A stretch of 64,000 bases of DNA, taken from assembly GCF_002113885.1 (NCBI RefSeq), contig NW_018480078.1, positions 437,198-501,197 of the forward strand, in the 5' to 3' direction. The translations under genes were made by a program, and so were the position numbers. The stretch is from Mizuhopecten yessoensis (Eukaryota). Positions 12,538 to 25,913 of this stretch are shown here, one piece after another; the first letter of the stretch is position 1, and each line of letters starts with the position of its first letter. The notes beneath the pieces were generated by a model. That model ran no database searches and was not told the origin of the DNA. It saw only the letters and a program-made list of their open reading frames with translations.

Positions 12538-13522
12538 CAGGATACCAAATTGGGATGTTACATGTTCCAAGACTGATACAGTGTACTCCTGAAATAGGGT
12601 TTACATGGTGGTGATGTAAGTGAATCCACCTGCACTGGACTCCATATATAGTAGACAAGAACAATTCCAGTGTCCCGGAAAAAAACACTTCTGATCCCCG
12701 ATTCCTTGATATAGAATTCTCTGTGGAAATCGTGGTAGGCTATATTTTTCAGTCAGGTCGTGTCACAGTGTTGGTCGCAGCCAGCTAACAATGTGGTACA
12801 GAGTCTGCAGAGAAACTTGCTGTGTCGTCTGTGCTCTGTACTGCTCTAAGGTCAGCACTTTTCACCGAGAAACAAACTATCATGTAAAAGCAATCCATGA
12901 ACCTAGCAGGAAGCTTAGCTCCCTGTGTACATGTTCTACATGATTTTTCTTCATTTCCTTTGCAGAAATAGTCATTATGTTTCGTAATTTTTCGGAGATG
13001 AACTCGGTTTAGGTCAAAGTACATTCATTCAAATGCCAGTTGGTCTATATCCTTTTCCGAATGTACTCATTAACTGATGACATGATTTGGGTTTGGAAGT
13101 GACTGGTACCGAAAAGTCCATGTCAATTTATCCTTGTTAAAACCCTTTCAACACTGCAGACCATAATTGACTCATCCAGATCAACAGAAACTGTCCAAGG
13201 CTTAATGAAGTGTACATTTGTTTCTGAGCAAATGTGCAACATTTCCTCAAAGGAAGTTTGGGGTACGTGCAGTATATATTTTATCCACTAATCAAAGCAT
13301 AATTACCAAACAAATCAAAGCTTACCTTTCCTCTTTGCAATATTCCAGAGACACTGTTGGATGTGTTAAGTGGCTATAAAATAGAAATCTATTACGTTTT
13401 CTGAAAGTAAATTGGAGACCACTCCGTACTTTTCATCCAACTACAAAAACTAAACGAACAGCATGGTTGGTCTCCCATTATTTTTAAACTACATGACGAA
13501 AAGACACAAAGGTCTCTGAATG

Positions 13523-13754
13523 GAAATTTTTCTATACTTTACTAATTTTCGTGGGATTTTTAATTTTGCTGATTTTGGGGGTAATCTTCATCCACAAATT
13601 CAAGTCCATAAAGTATTTAAGTACAAGTTTGATATTAAACAATTCTCTGTTTGAGTGGGTACTTGTAATCCACAAATTCATGTACCAATGAAATGGTGTT
13701 TTGTCAGGAAACAAAGAAATTTGGGCCCTACGAAAATATCTGATTTCACAGTAC
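13523..13754. mobile_element. Degenerate TA-flanked MITE (Tc1/mariner-like)
   Basis: Left TAATTTTCGTGGG and right CCCTACGAAAATATCTGATTTCACAGTA form imperfect inverted ends; internal repeat ATCCACAAATTCA twice. Confidence 0.5.
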
Positions 13755-14039
13755 ATTTTATGTTTCATCATTGGATGCAGTAAGTTGCTGATGTCTGTTA
13801 TAAAGCTCAGTGACAATTGTTATATTTATGTAATGTAATTATGATCTGATAAGCATTTGTGGGCTCAGCAAAATTTTATACCTGTAAGTATAAATTGTTG
13901 TTTACTTCAAAATGAAACTACAACAAATCAAAATGTGGAGGTATCAATGCTATATGTTTTGTTTTATAAACTGTGAAACCCATTCAGATATATCTAAATA
14001 TCTAATTGTGTAGATGTACTTAATGGCAAATCATCACTT

Positions 14040-14235
14040 TTTTTGTTGTTTTTTGTTTTACGCCCTATTAACAGCTATGGTCATTTAAGGAGGTGGTGGA
14101 GGAAAGCCGGAGTTCCAGGAGAAAAACCACCAACTTACGACCAGTACCTGGCAACTGCGCCATGTCGGTCTCCAACCCGTGATCCAGTGATGGAGGGCTA
14201 TTGGTAGCAGAACTTCAGACACTTGGCCACAGCAG
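14040..14235 (-). mobile_element. tRNA-derived SINE with V-like central domain (family S2)
   Basis: Minus strand contains TGCCAGGTACTGGTCG...GGTTTTTCTCCTGGAACTCCGGCTTTCCTCC...CCATAGCTGTTAATAGGGCGTAAA and an A/C-rich tail; homologous to 39440-39670. Confidence 0.75.
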
Positions 14236-14379
14236 CAAAGGATCACAGGCCCCATACATTCTACACATAGCCTGTTATAATTTGTCTTCTTCAAGTCTTA
14301 GTAACAAGTTTATTTAATTCAAGATTTGACAAAACATTCAATAAAATGCATTTTTTTTAAAAAAACAATTACAAAATAA

Positions 14380-14962
14380 AGGACTATATATGGTTTGGGC
14401 CTTTTTCGGCCCCCAAATCCATCAAAATTATAAATCTGCAATAGAACTTTCAAACGACTGTTTCCTTAATTTTGAATACTTCCCCCGTACTATTATGTAA
14501 ATATTTATTTGTGTTTTCAATTTTGGCTGCCATTGTATCCAGGTCGTATTTGCATAAATTATTGAAATTTGAATATTCAGTCAATTTTGACAGGTTTTCA
14601 CCTAGTTTTCTCTTAGCTACCATAGAGTGCACTCTTGAACAAAATTTATATTTCTCCTCAGGATGTATTACAGGTGCCTACACATTATCCTTTGATATTA
14701 AGTTTGTTGAAGCATGCGCTCTATAGTTTCTAGGAGAAAAACTATGCAAAATATCACAATATTCAATATTCAAATTTTTCTAATTTATGCAAATTTGAAC
14801 TTGTTACCATGGCGACAATAATTAGAAATATAAATGAATATTTTCATAATAGTATTTGGGAAGTGTTCGAAATTAAAGAAACAGTCATTTCAAAGTTCAT
14901 TTAAAGGTTTTGAATTTTGATGCATTTGGGGGCCAAAACAGGCCCAAACCATACATAGTCCT
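14380..14962. mobile_element. Fold-back non-autonomous DNA transposon with long imperfect TIRs (Kolobok-like AG..CT ends)
   Basis: AGGACTATATATGGTTTGGGCC.../...GGCCCAAACCATACATAGTCCT; inverted similarity continues ~200 bp inward (14456 ACTGTTTCCTTAATTTTGAATACTTCCC vs 14858 GGGAAGTGTTCGAAATTAAAGAAACAGT). Confidence 0.8.
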
Positions 14963-15017
14963 TTCTCATTCAAAAATAAATTGGATGAAATTTCAATTTA
15001 TAGTGGTAACAAAAACC

Positions 15018-15108
15018 TGAACTCATTCACCCCTTGAAACTCATTTGAACTCTTCCAATTCAAAGGTTGGAATAGTTCATTATAAAATTTCAGGGGTGAA
15101 TGAGTTAA
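15018..15108 (-). mobile_element. Family A hairpin MITE
   Basis: Full reverse copy. Confidence 0.88.
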
Positions 15109-15912
15109 AATATCCCAGAAGAAAACTTAATTTGATGATGAAACAATAGCTTTTCAGTAAAACTAATTAGAAATTGGAACACCATCAGCTAATTTACACA
15201 TTCGACTTCAAATGTAATGGAAAAGGCATGTATCATTCTAATACAGCTTTGCACTCTATGATGAAATAAAAGTCGTAATTTTGCCACCAAAAGCCATTAC
15301 AGTACACTTCATTTCCCCCAGGTCTTATAACACAATTACAATGATGATAAGAAAACTAATATCACTAAAATGGCCTTAGTGTGTACAATCTGGGGAATGG
15401 TTTCCTATTATTGTCTAATTGACCTCACAAGACTTGTCCAAGGACAGAACACAAATCTCATCGTGGAGCTTGTGATTAAATCATCAGACACTCGCAGACA
15501 AAAAACCGACACATGTCCATCCGTTGGTCATTCTAAGTTTCTCAGAGAACAACCCGAGTTAATCCGATTTTGAAACTTTTGATTAAATGAACAAGGGCAG
15601 TGTTTACCGACGCTGATGAGCTCAATATCCGTAAGAAAATGAGCAGCCTGTTCCGAGGCTTCTGGGTCTGTGATATAGACAGAAATTATAGTTGGGTTCC
15701 ACGGCTGTTCATAGAGGGTCTGATAGAATGTATGTACTGTTGGGTATAAGTGATAATGGGGTTACGATGTTCCTGCAGGACCAATGTCCTCGTAAAAACC
15801 CAACGGTACACTGGCTGAATTCGTAGCCTTCTCCATCCTCACATTTGCTGTCCTGTCTTTGCAACCAAACCATTGTTACATTCCATGAGGTAAATAGGTA
15901 AATGTTGGCCCT

Positions 15913-16004
15913 TTACTCATTCAGGCCCTTAAATTTCATAATGAACTATTCCTTAACTTTGAATTGGAAGGGTTCAAATGTGACTTCAGGGGTGAACGAG
16001 TTAA
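15913..16004 (+). mobile_element. Family A hairpin MITE
   Basis: Full copy, some substitutions in left TIR. Confidence 0.85.
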
Positions 16005-17353
16005 GTGACCCACACATGCAGCTACCTTCTTGTGAAATGAACAGTTTCTGTTTTGAAGTCTTTGTTTTCAAATGTCAATCTTTTCTTCATCAGTACTGTA
16101 GCCAGGTATTTTCAGGAACATTATTGTGACCAATGAAATCTATACAACTTATTTCTAGGCAATTCATTTTAGGATCTTCACATCTTTGTCATGCTTCAAT
16201 AAAATAGTCAAAATACATGATAACTATGTTATTTGAGGGAAATGAGAAATTGAATTACTTCAGACTTTCATGTCAAAGTTGTGCTAGGGCTAAATATCAA
16301 AATATAAGTTATTTGAGGGAGAATTTGTCTACATAAGACACCCAACTCATCTGCCTGTTGCCCCTATAAGCCCGAATGCAGTATTTCTATATGTCCAGAG
16401 ACATATACAAACCGGCTAAATCACAATCACTATTAACATTATTTCTACCAACTGCAAATCGACTGGATTTCCAAACGACCATAATTCCATCTATTATGTA
16501 TTTTTTATGAAATGATATACAAGTCGTAATGGGTTTTCACAACTAACAATTAAATGTACATCACGGATATTAATTTCATAATAAAAACGGAATGCCTCTC
16601 AACAAATTATAAACAGGAGATAAAATGTCACTATATCATTTTACAATGCCCATATCATAAACCACAAAATCTTCTCTCCTTCCTAAAAGCCCTGATACAC
16701 CCACTAAAACGAATACCCAAAGAGCTAGTTGGATAATTAATCTTCTTTTCTATACATGGAATACATTAACATCTATATATCACACGGAGGAAATCTATCT
16801 CCTGTCCACACAAAGGCACCCCCGTCCATTTACTGCCGATGTGTGTCGATAGTTTGATGGAAGTCGGGATCATTTGATTGAGATCCCGATCCCGGTCACA
16901 GTATCTTCTACATGAGGCAAGCGTCAGCCATCAATTTAGTGCTTTTAGGAAATATTACCGAAGAATGCTTTGGTTTTTTAAATGAAGCTGTACAATCTAT
17001 ATAGAAAGTAGTGGGTCTTAAGCGTATTAAATGTGTTGTGTAGTTTAGCTGCGATACCATTGGTGATGGGTACTGCAGACACCATGAAACACGAGGAGCA
17101 TCAGCGTTAAAATTCTACTCATCTGTCCAGGCGCATTTAGGTCTCAAGCTTTTAAAAGCACTCTGGTGTACTGGTCAGTACATATATATACAACTACTGG
17201 TGTATGTTGCAGCTTAATTTAGACATCTAAAAAGGGTCTTGAAGATTACAGATAATATTATTTGTAATGAATTTATAAATATCTCTCGTATGCATTCAAC
17301 TTTGCCTGAAATGGACATTTTAAAATTTACCCCGATAATATTCCCATTATTAA

Positions 17354-17444
17354 TTAACTCTTTCGCCCCTATGCAACTTTAGTAGACTCACCCGTGCATT
17401 GATCTGGATGAGTCCATTATGGTCTACAGTGGTGAAAGGGTTAA
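17354..17444. mobile_element. Sister TTAA hairpin MITE (family A2)
   Basis: ttaa|CTCTTTCGCCCCT...AGTGGTGAAAGGG|ttaa, same length and architecture as family A; partial reverse copy at ~13137-13190. Confidence 0.7.
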
Positions 17445-17482
17445 AACATTCCAAAGAATTTTTACAAATATATGTTATACTG

Positions 17483-17751
17483 CATACTTGCCAACTCTCC
17501 CTATTTTGGAGGGATACTTCCTACTTTGGACCCTATAATTGTACATTTTCAACGAGTGAATTGTTAAACTTTAATTCCTAATTTCTACGATCTGATGATC
17601 TCATCTGATGAAGAACAGCTCAAACGATGCCATTTAAAAATGTTCTTTTCCCGAGGGGGTACATATACACACATTTTATTTAGGTTTTTATTTCTAGGCA
17701 CTCGTAACCTAGCTAGCTCCCGAAGGAAATTTCAAAAATTTGGCAAGTATG
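17483..17751. mobile_element. 269-bp TIR element (CATACTTGCCAA ends), possible 6-bp TSD
   Basis: CATACTTGCCAA...TTGGCAAGTATG; flanks ATACTG / AAACTG; related terminus at ~10815-10844. Confidence 0.75.
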
Positions 17752-18420
17752 AAACTGGAACCATTTTTGCTATGTGTTATGAAGAAGTACACTAACAGAA
17801 TAATATAGTAGGTATAATGTTTATATGCGATTGGTGAGCTTGCATCTGGATTCAGGAAAATGTACTAGATTCCTCAGATAAAAATTTCATAACATGGAAC
17901 AGCAAGCATAAGGCTACAAAATCCAGTTTCAGGGGGAAAATTCATCTGTAACACAGATCTATTCTGTTCTATTCAAAGTAGGAACAAAACAGCAATAATT
18001 GTAATTCAAGCTGTTGTTCCACCCTATTGCTTTTCTCATTATAGACACTGCCATCTTCCCAAACATTGTGGGGCTCTCTACATGTTCAAAATGTTTACTT
18101 TTAATCCCTAATTGCTGAAATGTATGTATTACCTTCAGTTTTCTCATGTTTTGAATTAGTTTTGATTTGTTTAAATAAAATTTGAAATGCTTAATGAAAA
18201 TTGATTTACATATCTGAAAATATAATTAAGTCAAAATTGTCATTAGACATATGTTCAGTTATGTGACTGTCGGACCTAATCATCAGAAATATGAGAACTA
18301 CAGACACATATAGCATCATTACTGCAGCGTCAGTGGTCTATTAGGATTAAAGGCAGATGATCATGACTAATATTCCTGGACCAGAAAAGTGTAAACATTC
18401 TGATACTGCAATTCTATCAT

Positions 18421-18505
18421 TTAACTCATTCACCCCTTAAATTTCATAATGAACAATGCCAAGTTTTTAATTGGAAGAGTTCAAATGTGCCTTCAGGGGT
18501 GAATG
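18421..18505 (+). mobile_element. Family A hairpin MITE
   Basis: Nearly full copy, right TTAA lost. Confidence 0.85.
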
Positions 18506-20056
18506 TGAGATAATGGCAATTTTCAAACACTGGTTTGCTCAAACACACCCTCATAATGATGGGAAATGTGACTAAAAGCAACGGCTATCTGGAATGCTTT
18601 AAGGTCCTTCATATAATTTTGCTTGCATCTTATTTAAGTGATAGTCACAAAGTTCATGGTAATGATTTTTCCACAAAATATAAATTCTGCTGAAAAAACA
18701 ACGGGTTTACATTCACTGCTAATGACATTTAGCATAAACATGATTTATTTTCACATTTTTGACATCAACGAAAAATTTAACTCAATTAAACCACAGAAAT
18801 CCTGACCTGCAAAAATATAGACCCTTATACTATAATGAAATTTGTTCAAATCATGGCGGTTTAATTCTGATAAGTGGCAGACAAGATGATGAATTCGGAA
18901 TCTAAAACATCCCAAATGTAATTGTTTTATCCAATATCCAATATACATGTAGATATTTCGTATGCAATAACAATTATAAGTCAGTAGAACTGTTGGTTAT
19001 AGTGAATCCCTGAACAGATTTCGAGATGGATGGAACAGATTTGGGCAACCTTATCCAAATGGAATCCAGAGCTGAGAGACCTAGAGATATATGTGATGAT
19101 GGCCCTGAGCTACGGACACTGAACGGCTGCAATAACACACAGGACCGTTCTTCCATCACGGAGTGATCTGTGTGCCGCCGGCAGACTTATATCCCACTCT
19201 ATTGTACACCCACTTAACTAGCAGACAGGGTGGCCCTATAGTACCCCTTCCAGGGAGATTAAAGATAAGGCAGCAGGTTGCTATTGTATCAGCCAAAGAT
19301 CCTATCTATTTCTGGATGTCCTATAAAGCAGAAAACAATCATTAAAACAATGTGGACGGCAACTGTACTTAAACATTGCTATTTTCTATAGCCATTTGCG
19401 AAAGGATCAGCCGGTTTTTCAAGTACGTTGTTTACTAAGCTGATTTTGTACGTTACGAACCATTAATCTGTCGGATCATAAACCTGTATGATGACACAGT
19501 TCCCTGAAACTACTTATAGTCTGCTAAGTTCGAAAACTAGTATATATCAGCCAGGGCTAATGATCCACCTAACTAGACTTTTGGACTTGCAAAATTCACG
19601 ATATCATTTCAATCGTAGGTTATATAAAATTAGAGTATTCATGTCCCTAAATTGCGTATCATAAATACTAAAAAGATTACACGTCAAAATTCCTAGAATG
19701 TTACCATATACATGTAGTTTGGAATTTTCATGGCCACCTACAGTTAATGACTCTTTTCTATTTCATGTTAACTTCAGGGGAAACACTATTACCTTCAGAA
19801 AATCTCGAGCTCACTTCATTGTCGTAGGACTGAACATACAATCAATTTTTCCTGTTGACTGCTAAACCCTGCCCCGCCCATATTCATGAAACCATTCTAA
19901 GCTAAAATTCAAATTCTGTGCTCAAAGACAATTTCTTGATCTTGTGATCAATTTATTCAAACTTGACATTCTTTCAATGATTAAATGGCAGAGTTTTCAG
20001 AGAGACTTAACCAGAATTCCATTTTGAATGTCTATATATATATATAGACCTTACTT

Positions 20057-20145
20057 TAAATCATCCACCCCTGAAGACACATGTGAACTCTTCCAATTCA
20101 AAGGTTGAAATAGTTCATTATGAAATTTCAGGGGTCAATGAGTTA
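20057..20145 (-). mobile_element. Family A hairpin MITE
   Basis: Reverse copy. Confidence 0.85.
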
Positions 20146-21593
20146 AGAATGTGTTGCTTAATTTCAATGAGTTACAAGAACGCTGGTTTGGTCACAGAAT
20201 GGATGGTTGCGCAAGAAAAAATTTTTCGTGAATAAATGGACCATATGTTCTGTGCCAAGAGGAAATAAAACAATATTTTAAATTAAACCAGTTGAGAGGT
20301 CGATCAGCATCTGTTTAAATCTCGCCAGGTGGAAAATTATATGAACTATCACTGATGTAATCATTTAAAACGGTCATGACATATTCTTAACTCAACACAA
20401 CCTTCCTCAGTGAGACCAAGACGGAGGAAGGGCAGAGCCTTACAATTTCTACAAAGAGTAATATTCTATTGTCACTCAGATGAGATCATGACGTACAGTT
20501 TTTGTGCATTCTTCTTGAATGTATTGGTCAACGGCCATGGGGGCTGTTGGGCGACAGATTATGCATGCAAGCACCCAAATCAAACATTCAAATCAAAAAA
20601 ATATTTCAAAAAGTATCTGTAACAGGCACTGAACAAGGAGATAAATGAATGTTGTCTGTTCAATTAGCAATCAGAAAAACAAATTTCTTCTTTTCCTGAT
20701 ATTAAACCCTGTTTTGAAAAGACATATGACACAAGCATGTCTTCAATATCATCAACCAACTTCAATACTGTATGTTCTTATCTAAGGACCCTAAATTACC
20801 GTACAAAACATCAATCGTAGTATACTTCACATCAAACCATTGTAAAGATGGCATCTTTGCAATTGTCTTCATTTCTAAAACTGATATCACTAATCATTTC
20901 CTTTGAAGTTTTTTACGTAAACAGATGGACTTTTCTGATAGCTTAAAGGTCGGCTGTACCAATATACTGCCATTCTACAAACTCACAAATGTCAAAGGTT
21001 TTAATTAAGCCTAGGACAGAGATAATGAAATATTTTATTTCCTCTTCATGTACGAAATTTTTTGAGAAAAAGTTCAATGTGATATATGTACTTACAAATA
21101 ATCATCTCCGAGGATAGAATATCACAGTTCTTTTGAACTTATATATGTTTACAATTTACACCAACAACAGTGACTGACTTAAATCATGATATTTGTTGGA
21201 TAATCTAAACAGTCAGTGTACAATTTTAAGAAACATAATTAATGAATTTTACCTAAGAACAGCACTAGCAACTTAACAATTCAGAAAATAAGAAATTTAG
21301 CAGAGCCTTCCAAAAGCCTAACAAATTAGAATAATAGACATTTTTCATTATGTAAGGTGGTAAAAGATGGTGAGAGGATGGCGGCGGGGCATTTGGATCA
21401 GGAAATGGCATGGTGTACTTACTAGGGCAAATATAATATTTATTTTGAAAATCATAACAAAATTCTTATGAAGGGCTAAATATCTAGAGGGGACAATTAT
21501 GAAATGTGTTAAACTAGTAAGAGTGTGCTTGTTACCAGCTGGCATTATAAGCTTAAGATACATCATATGGTTCCTAAAAGGTAAAATGATCAA

Positions 21594-21972
21594 AACAAGA
21601 GGCCCATGGGCCTTAACGGTCACCTGAGTCCTACAGTATCTTTGTTGTTGAAATATGTAACAATTTGAGTCAGGACCATGAGTCGATCATTCCTACCAAG
21701 TTTCAGTTCAATCGGCCCAGCAGAATTTGACTTTGACTTTGAAATAGTTTTTCAAAATGGCGGCCGTGGCGGCCATATTGGATTTCTGATCGACCCGAAA
21801 AATAACAAAACTTGGTCAAGGATATGTCAGTAACCTTCCCATGAAATATTAATGAAATCCCTTTGGCAGTATTTCAGCTTTAGTTGAAAATGTAAAATGT
21901 TAACGGACGACGCACGACGCACGAAGACGGATAGCAATAGGTCACTTGAGCTAAAGCTCAGGTGACCTAAAA
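21594..21972 (-). mobile_element. HINE-like element, same family as 986-1835, only ~1 core repeat
   Basis: Identical termini AACAAGAGGCCCATGGGCCTTAACGGTCACCTGAGT and TAGGTCACTTGAGCTAAAGCTCAGGTGACCTAA. Confidence 0.9.
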
Positions 21973-22789
21973 GGCAGAGAGCAATAGCCAGCTTTATGAC
22001 TAACCATTCAAATCCTAGATAAGATAAAGGATTTAGAGAGAAAAATAGAATTGCAAAATCTGTTGATAATAAAATCATCTGTATTAATTTAATCTCCATC
22101 ATCAGGAGAGTTCCAGCAATCTTCCATCAGCTTCAGTGAGCTGTCTTGTCAGTTCTGTGAAACATAAAAGTGATGGATGTGATTTTAACAGAAGATCTAT
22201 CAGGTGTTTGATGTTGGATTAGCTAATTAAAAATACATTATTTGGGAAGGAAATAGAAAGTCCACTCCACACAATGCTGATATCAACATATTTCGCCAAT
22301 ACGTGATAAAGCTCTTTCTTGCTAAAGATCACAGTCTTTTAATGATGGTCATTCTGGAAAACATAAATGCTTTACTTAACTATATCCCTCACCCCCTGTA
22401 GTACAAATTTAAATATGGGAAAGACCAGTAGACTGGACTGCTTGCTGAAATTTTTCTACTTTCCCCAATGGCTTTGCTTCAAGAATAGGACAGGCCAAGT
22501 CTACCTTTTCTGCCATTTTAATTGGCTGACATTTTTTTTATCCCTAATGGAGATATTCCTTGCCAAGATGTGTCACTTCTCCACAACATTGCTTTCGTGA
22601 AAATGGAAAACAATTCTACAAACTGTTGGATGTGTATGTCTGTTTAAATCAAGAATGCTTGTTTAAACAACTGTTCATTGATTGAATGAACCAATCAGCA
22701 CTTGATTTGTTCGGTTCAAATAGAGCAGGTTATACAGTAGAGAGAAATGGTACTTGGGCAGATAATTCAATCTATGAGACCATGAGTAC

Positions 22790-23328
22790 CCATTTTATGC
22801 GAGTAGCCCCCCTTGGGTAATTATTACAGGTAAACATATAGACTTTAGCTCCTCCCCTGTTTCAAGTAAATGTTCAGGGTCCATATAAGCTCCTTCCCCT
22901 ATCGTCACTTTTTTGTGAGATGTTTTTGCACCTGGAATTTCATGAAATTCCGTTGAGGAATGAAGTGGCTAGAGAGATGACAAAGTTTTTCTAAAAATAG
23001 TAACAGTGGCCTTGACCTTCAACGTAGAAACCTGAAATGCGAATTTATTCAAGGCATTGCCATACCAAACACTTGTATTTAAGTTAAATGAAATTCTGTT
23101 GAGGAATGAAGTCACTTAAATGTGATGACAAAAATAGTAACAGTGACCTTGACCTTCAACGCAGTAACTCAAAACGCAAACTAGTTCAAGGTATTGACAT
23201 ATCAACACTTGTATGAAGTTGCATGAAATTCCGTTGAGAAATGAAGTCGCTAGAGCGATGACAAAGAGTGTAACATATGTACGTACATATTCTATATCCC
23301 CTCGAACTCTTGTTGCGAGGGATAATAA
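22790..23328 (-). mobile_element. HINE-like element, second family, ~3 core repeats of ~135-146 bp
   Basis: GAAATTCCGTTGAGGAATGAAGT repeated at ~22944, 23090, 23224; terminal hairpin ATCCCCTCG...GCGAGGGAT; left boundary uncertain. Confidence 0.65.
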
Positions 23329-23569
23329 TGGCGGATATAGAGGATTTCCTTAGATTAAGCTGTGTTTCAAACTCTCACTCCAACAGGGTTTAAGAATCGC
23401 CGAATTCATTTAAACACAGCTCTCGTTCAGCACGTAAATATTATCATCACAAAATCAAGGACACATATATAAAGTTGGTGCCAACTTTCTCTTTAAGATT
23501 TCAAGATCAGACCCACCAATCAACTGAACTACACACACTCTCCCTATAAAAAAATAGCTTACTGCGTAA

Positions 23570-23682
23570 CTATAATACCCAACTATAAATCTCAAAATGA
23601 CATACTAAAACACTTTTTTATTCTTATTCTATAATACCCCACCATAAGTCTCAAACTGGCACACTAAAAAGCCTTTTTATTA
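23570..23682. repeat. Diverged ~59-bp tandem duplication
   Basis: CTATAATACCC...TCTCAAA...ACTAAAA...CTTTTT twice. Confidence 0.7.
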
Positions 23683-25116
23683 TTATTGTGCAACAGAATG
23701 TGCAATTCATTGGGAAAAACCTCTTGTTATACTTTCATTAAGCTGGAATTATTTGAAATTTAGAAGTTAAATTAGAATGGATCGGGATATAAATTTGCTT
23801 GTTGATTACAGGGAATTTTAAGCCTTCATGGGAATCGTGGCCTTGAATACTACGTAACTGACAAATGGTTGCTGATGTAAGTGTTGAATTCGGAGATGAA
23901 ATCTATTATGGTATTATGGCAGAAGTGGGTTTAGGGGGGGGGGATTTCTTTGCTTCAAGACACCCAACCTGTTACCATTTTAGTCCGAGAATTTCCTTTG
24001 AAAAGTATTATTTTCCAACTTTTTTCTGTTATTTGATTCTAGACTTAAATAATTCCTTAATATCAATTAAATGAATATTTAAAATGAAAAGGGGAAACAT
24101 GAGTTTGTCTGTTTTTTCCCCCTCACACAACCTACTTAATTTTAAGATCCATAATTGCAGGCAGCAAATTTTCCACAGTAAATTGTTTCATTGCTGTACC
24201 ACACTAAAACATAATGAGAAATTATATATCCAGTACAATAGTAAACAGTAAACAAGTACATTGTACGTGTACCAAAATTGAAAAGTCCTGTTTTAAATTT
24301 ATCATTTGACAAAATCACTATCCGTTTAAACTCAGCAAATCAAATTGATTCAAGTTCCAGGAAGTTGTTTGATCAAAAGTTAGTTTTTGAGGTTTAGAAA
24401 CATTTCAGGTCCCGATAACAATTACATTATACCGGTACTGAATGTATAAGCAATTTAGCAATGGAAAATTTCACAGGAAATATGAATTCATGCAGGGAGT
24501 TGAATAATCAATCTTCCTAGTAAAAAATAAACCATCACAACCCTCATTGTTGAATAAAATTTCAATAAAATTTCAAAGATTAGAAGAAGAAAAAGAATTC
24601 TTTTCAAATACCCTGTAGCCTTAATGTGTTGCCTCGTACCAGGAAGAGTGCAGATTTCCATCATGCTGGTTCCTGAACTTCTGATGCATGAACTTTTCAA
24701 TATCGTTCTAAGATTGGACTCAAATTAGCCAACAGCCGAGCTATTAATAGGTTTCATCAACTTTGAATTAGCTACAGGTTCCAAATACCTGCAAGCATTA
24801 GTATAAAATAGCCATAGAATACTGCTTTTACCCGTACTCACTGGCAGATCGAGGGACAGGAGCAAAAATGCTTACATGACATTTTGGAAATACCTGCACT
24901 CTCTTCCTTAATTACTAACCAATTAACTGGATCACAAATATCACTCATTAAATTACTCTAGACCATGTAACAAATGTCTAAGGTGGGTTTTTTTTAGAAC
25001 AAAAGTGGTAACTGCCTGAATATTTCTCTTACAGATTTCATTTTCATTAGTTTTTTAACTGCATATTCTGTACTTCATTATTTCTCCAATAAATGAATAT
25101 CATTTAATTTGACATG

Positions 25117-25836
25117 GGCTGCATAAGAGTTTAACATCATCAACACTGTACAGGCTGCATAAGAGTCAAACATCATCAACACTGTACAGGCCGCATAAGA
25201 GTCTAACATCATAAACACTGTACAGGCTGCACAAGAGTCTAACATCATCTACACTGAACAGGCTGCATATGAGTCTAACATCATCAACCCTGTACAGGCT
25301 GCATAAGATTCTAACATCATCAACACTGCACCGGCTGCATAAGAGTTAACCACCATCAACACTGAACAGGCTGCATAAGAGTCTAACATCATCAACACTG
25401 AACAGGCTGCATAAGGGTTAAACACCATCAACACTGAACAGGCTGCATAAGAGTCTAACATCATCAACACTGTACAGGCTGCATAAGAGCCTAACATCAT
25501 CAACACTGTACAGGCTGCATAAGGGTTAAACACCATCAACACTGAGCAGGCTGCATAAGAGTCTAACATCATCAACATTGAACAGGCTGCATAAGAGTCT
25601 AACATCATAAACACTGTACAGGCTGCATAAGAGTCTAACATCATAAACACTGTACAGGCTGCATAAGAGTCTAACATCATAAACACTGTACAGGCTGCAT
25701 AAGAGTCTAACATCATCAGCACTGAACAGGCTGCATAAGAGTTAAACATCATCAACACTGTACAGGCTGCATAAGAGTTAAACATCAACAACACTGTACA
25801 GGCTGCATAAGGGTTAAACACCATCAACACTGTACA
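25117..25836. repeat. 39-bp minisatellite, ~18 units
   Basis: Unit ACTGTACAGGCTGCATAAGAGTCTAACATCATCAAC-type. Confidence 0.95.
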
Positions 25837-25913
25837 ATTTGTTTAAGGCTCCGTATGGAGGTCCCAAGATTCCTAGTGAAGCTGACATCAAAATGCATGG
25901 AGTCACTTTTTAA

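Noticed and set aside
15610-15660. Hammerhead ribozyme-like CTGATGAG followed by a GCTCA/TGAGC stem
   Set aside because: Stem II is not followed by the required GAAA; other CTGATGA hits (17606, 28616 reverse) also lack the full core
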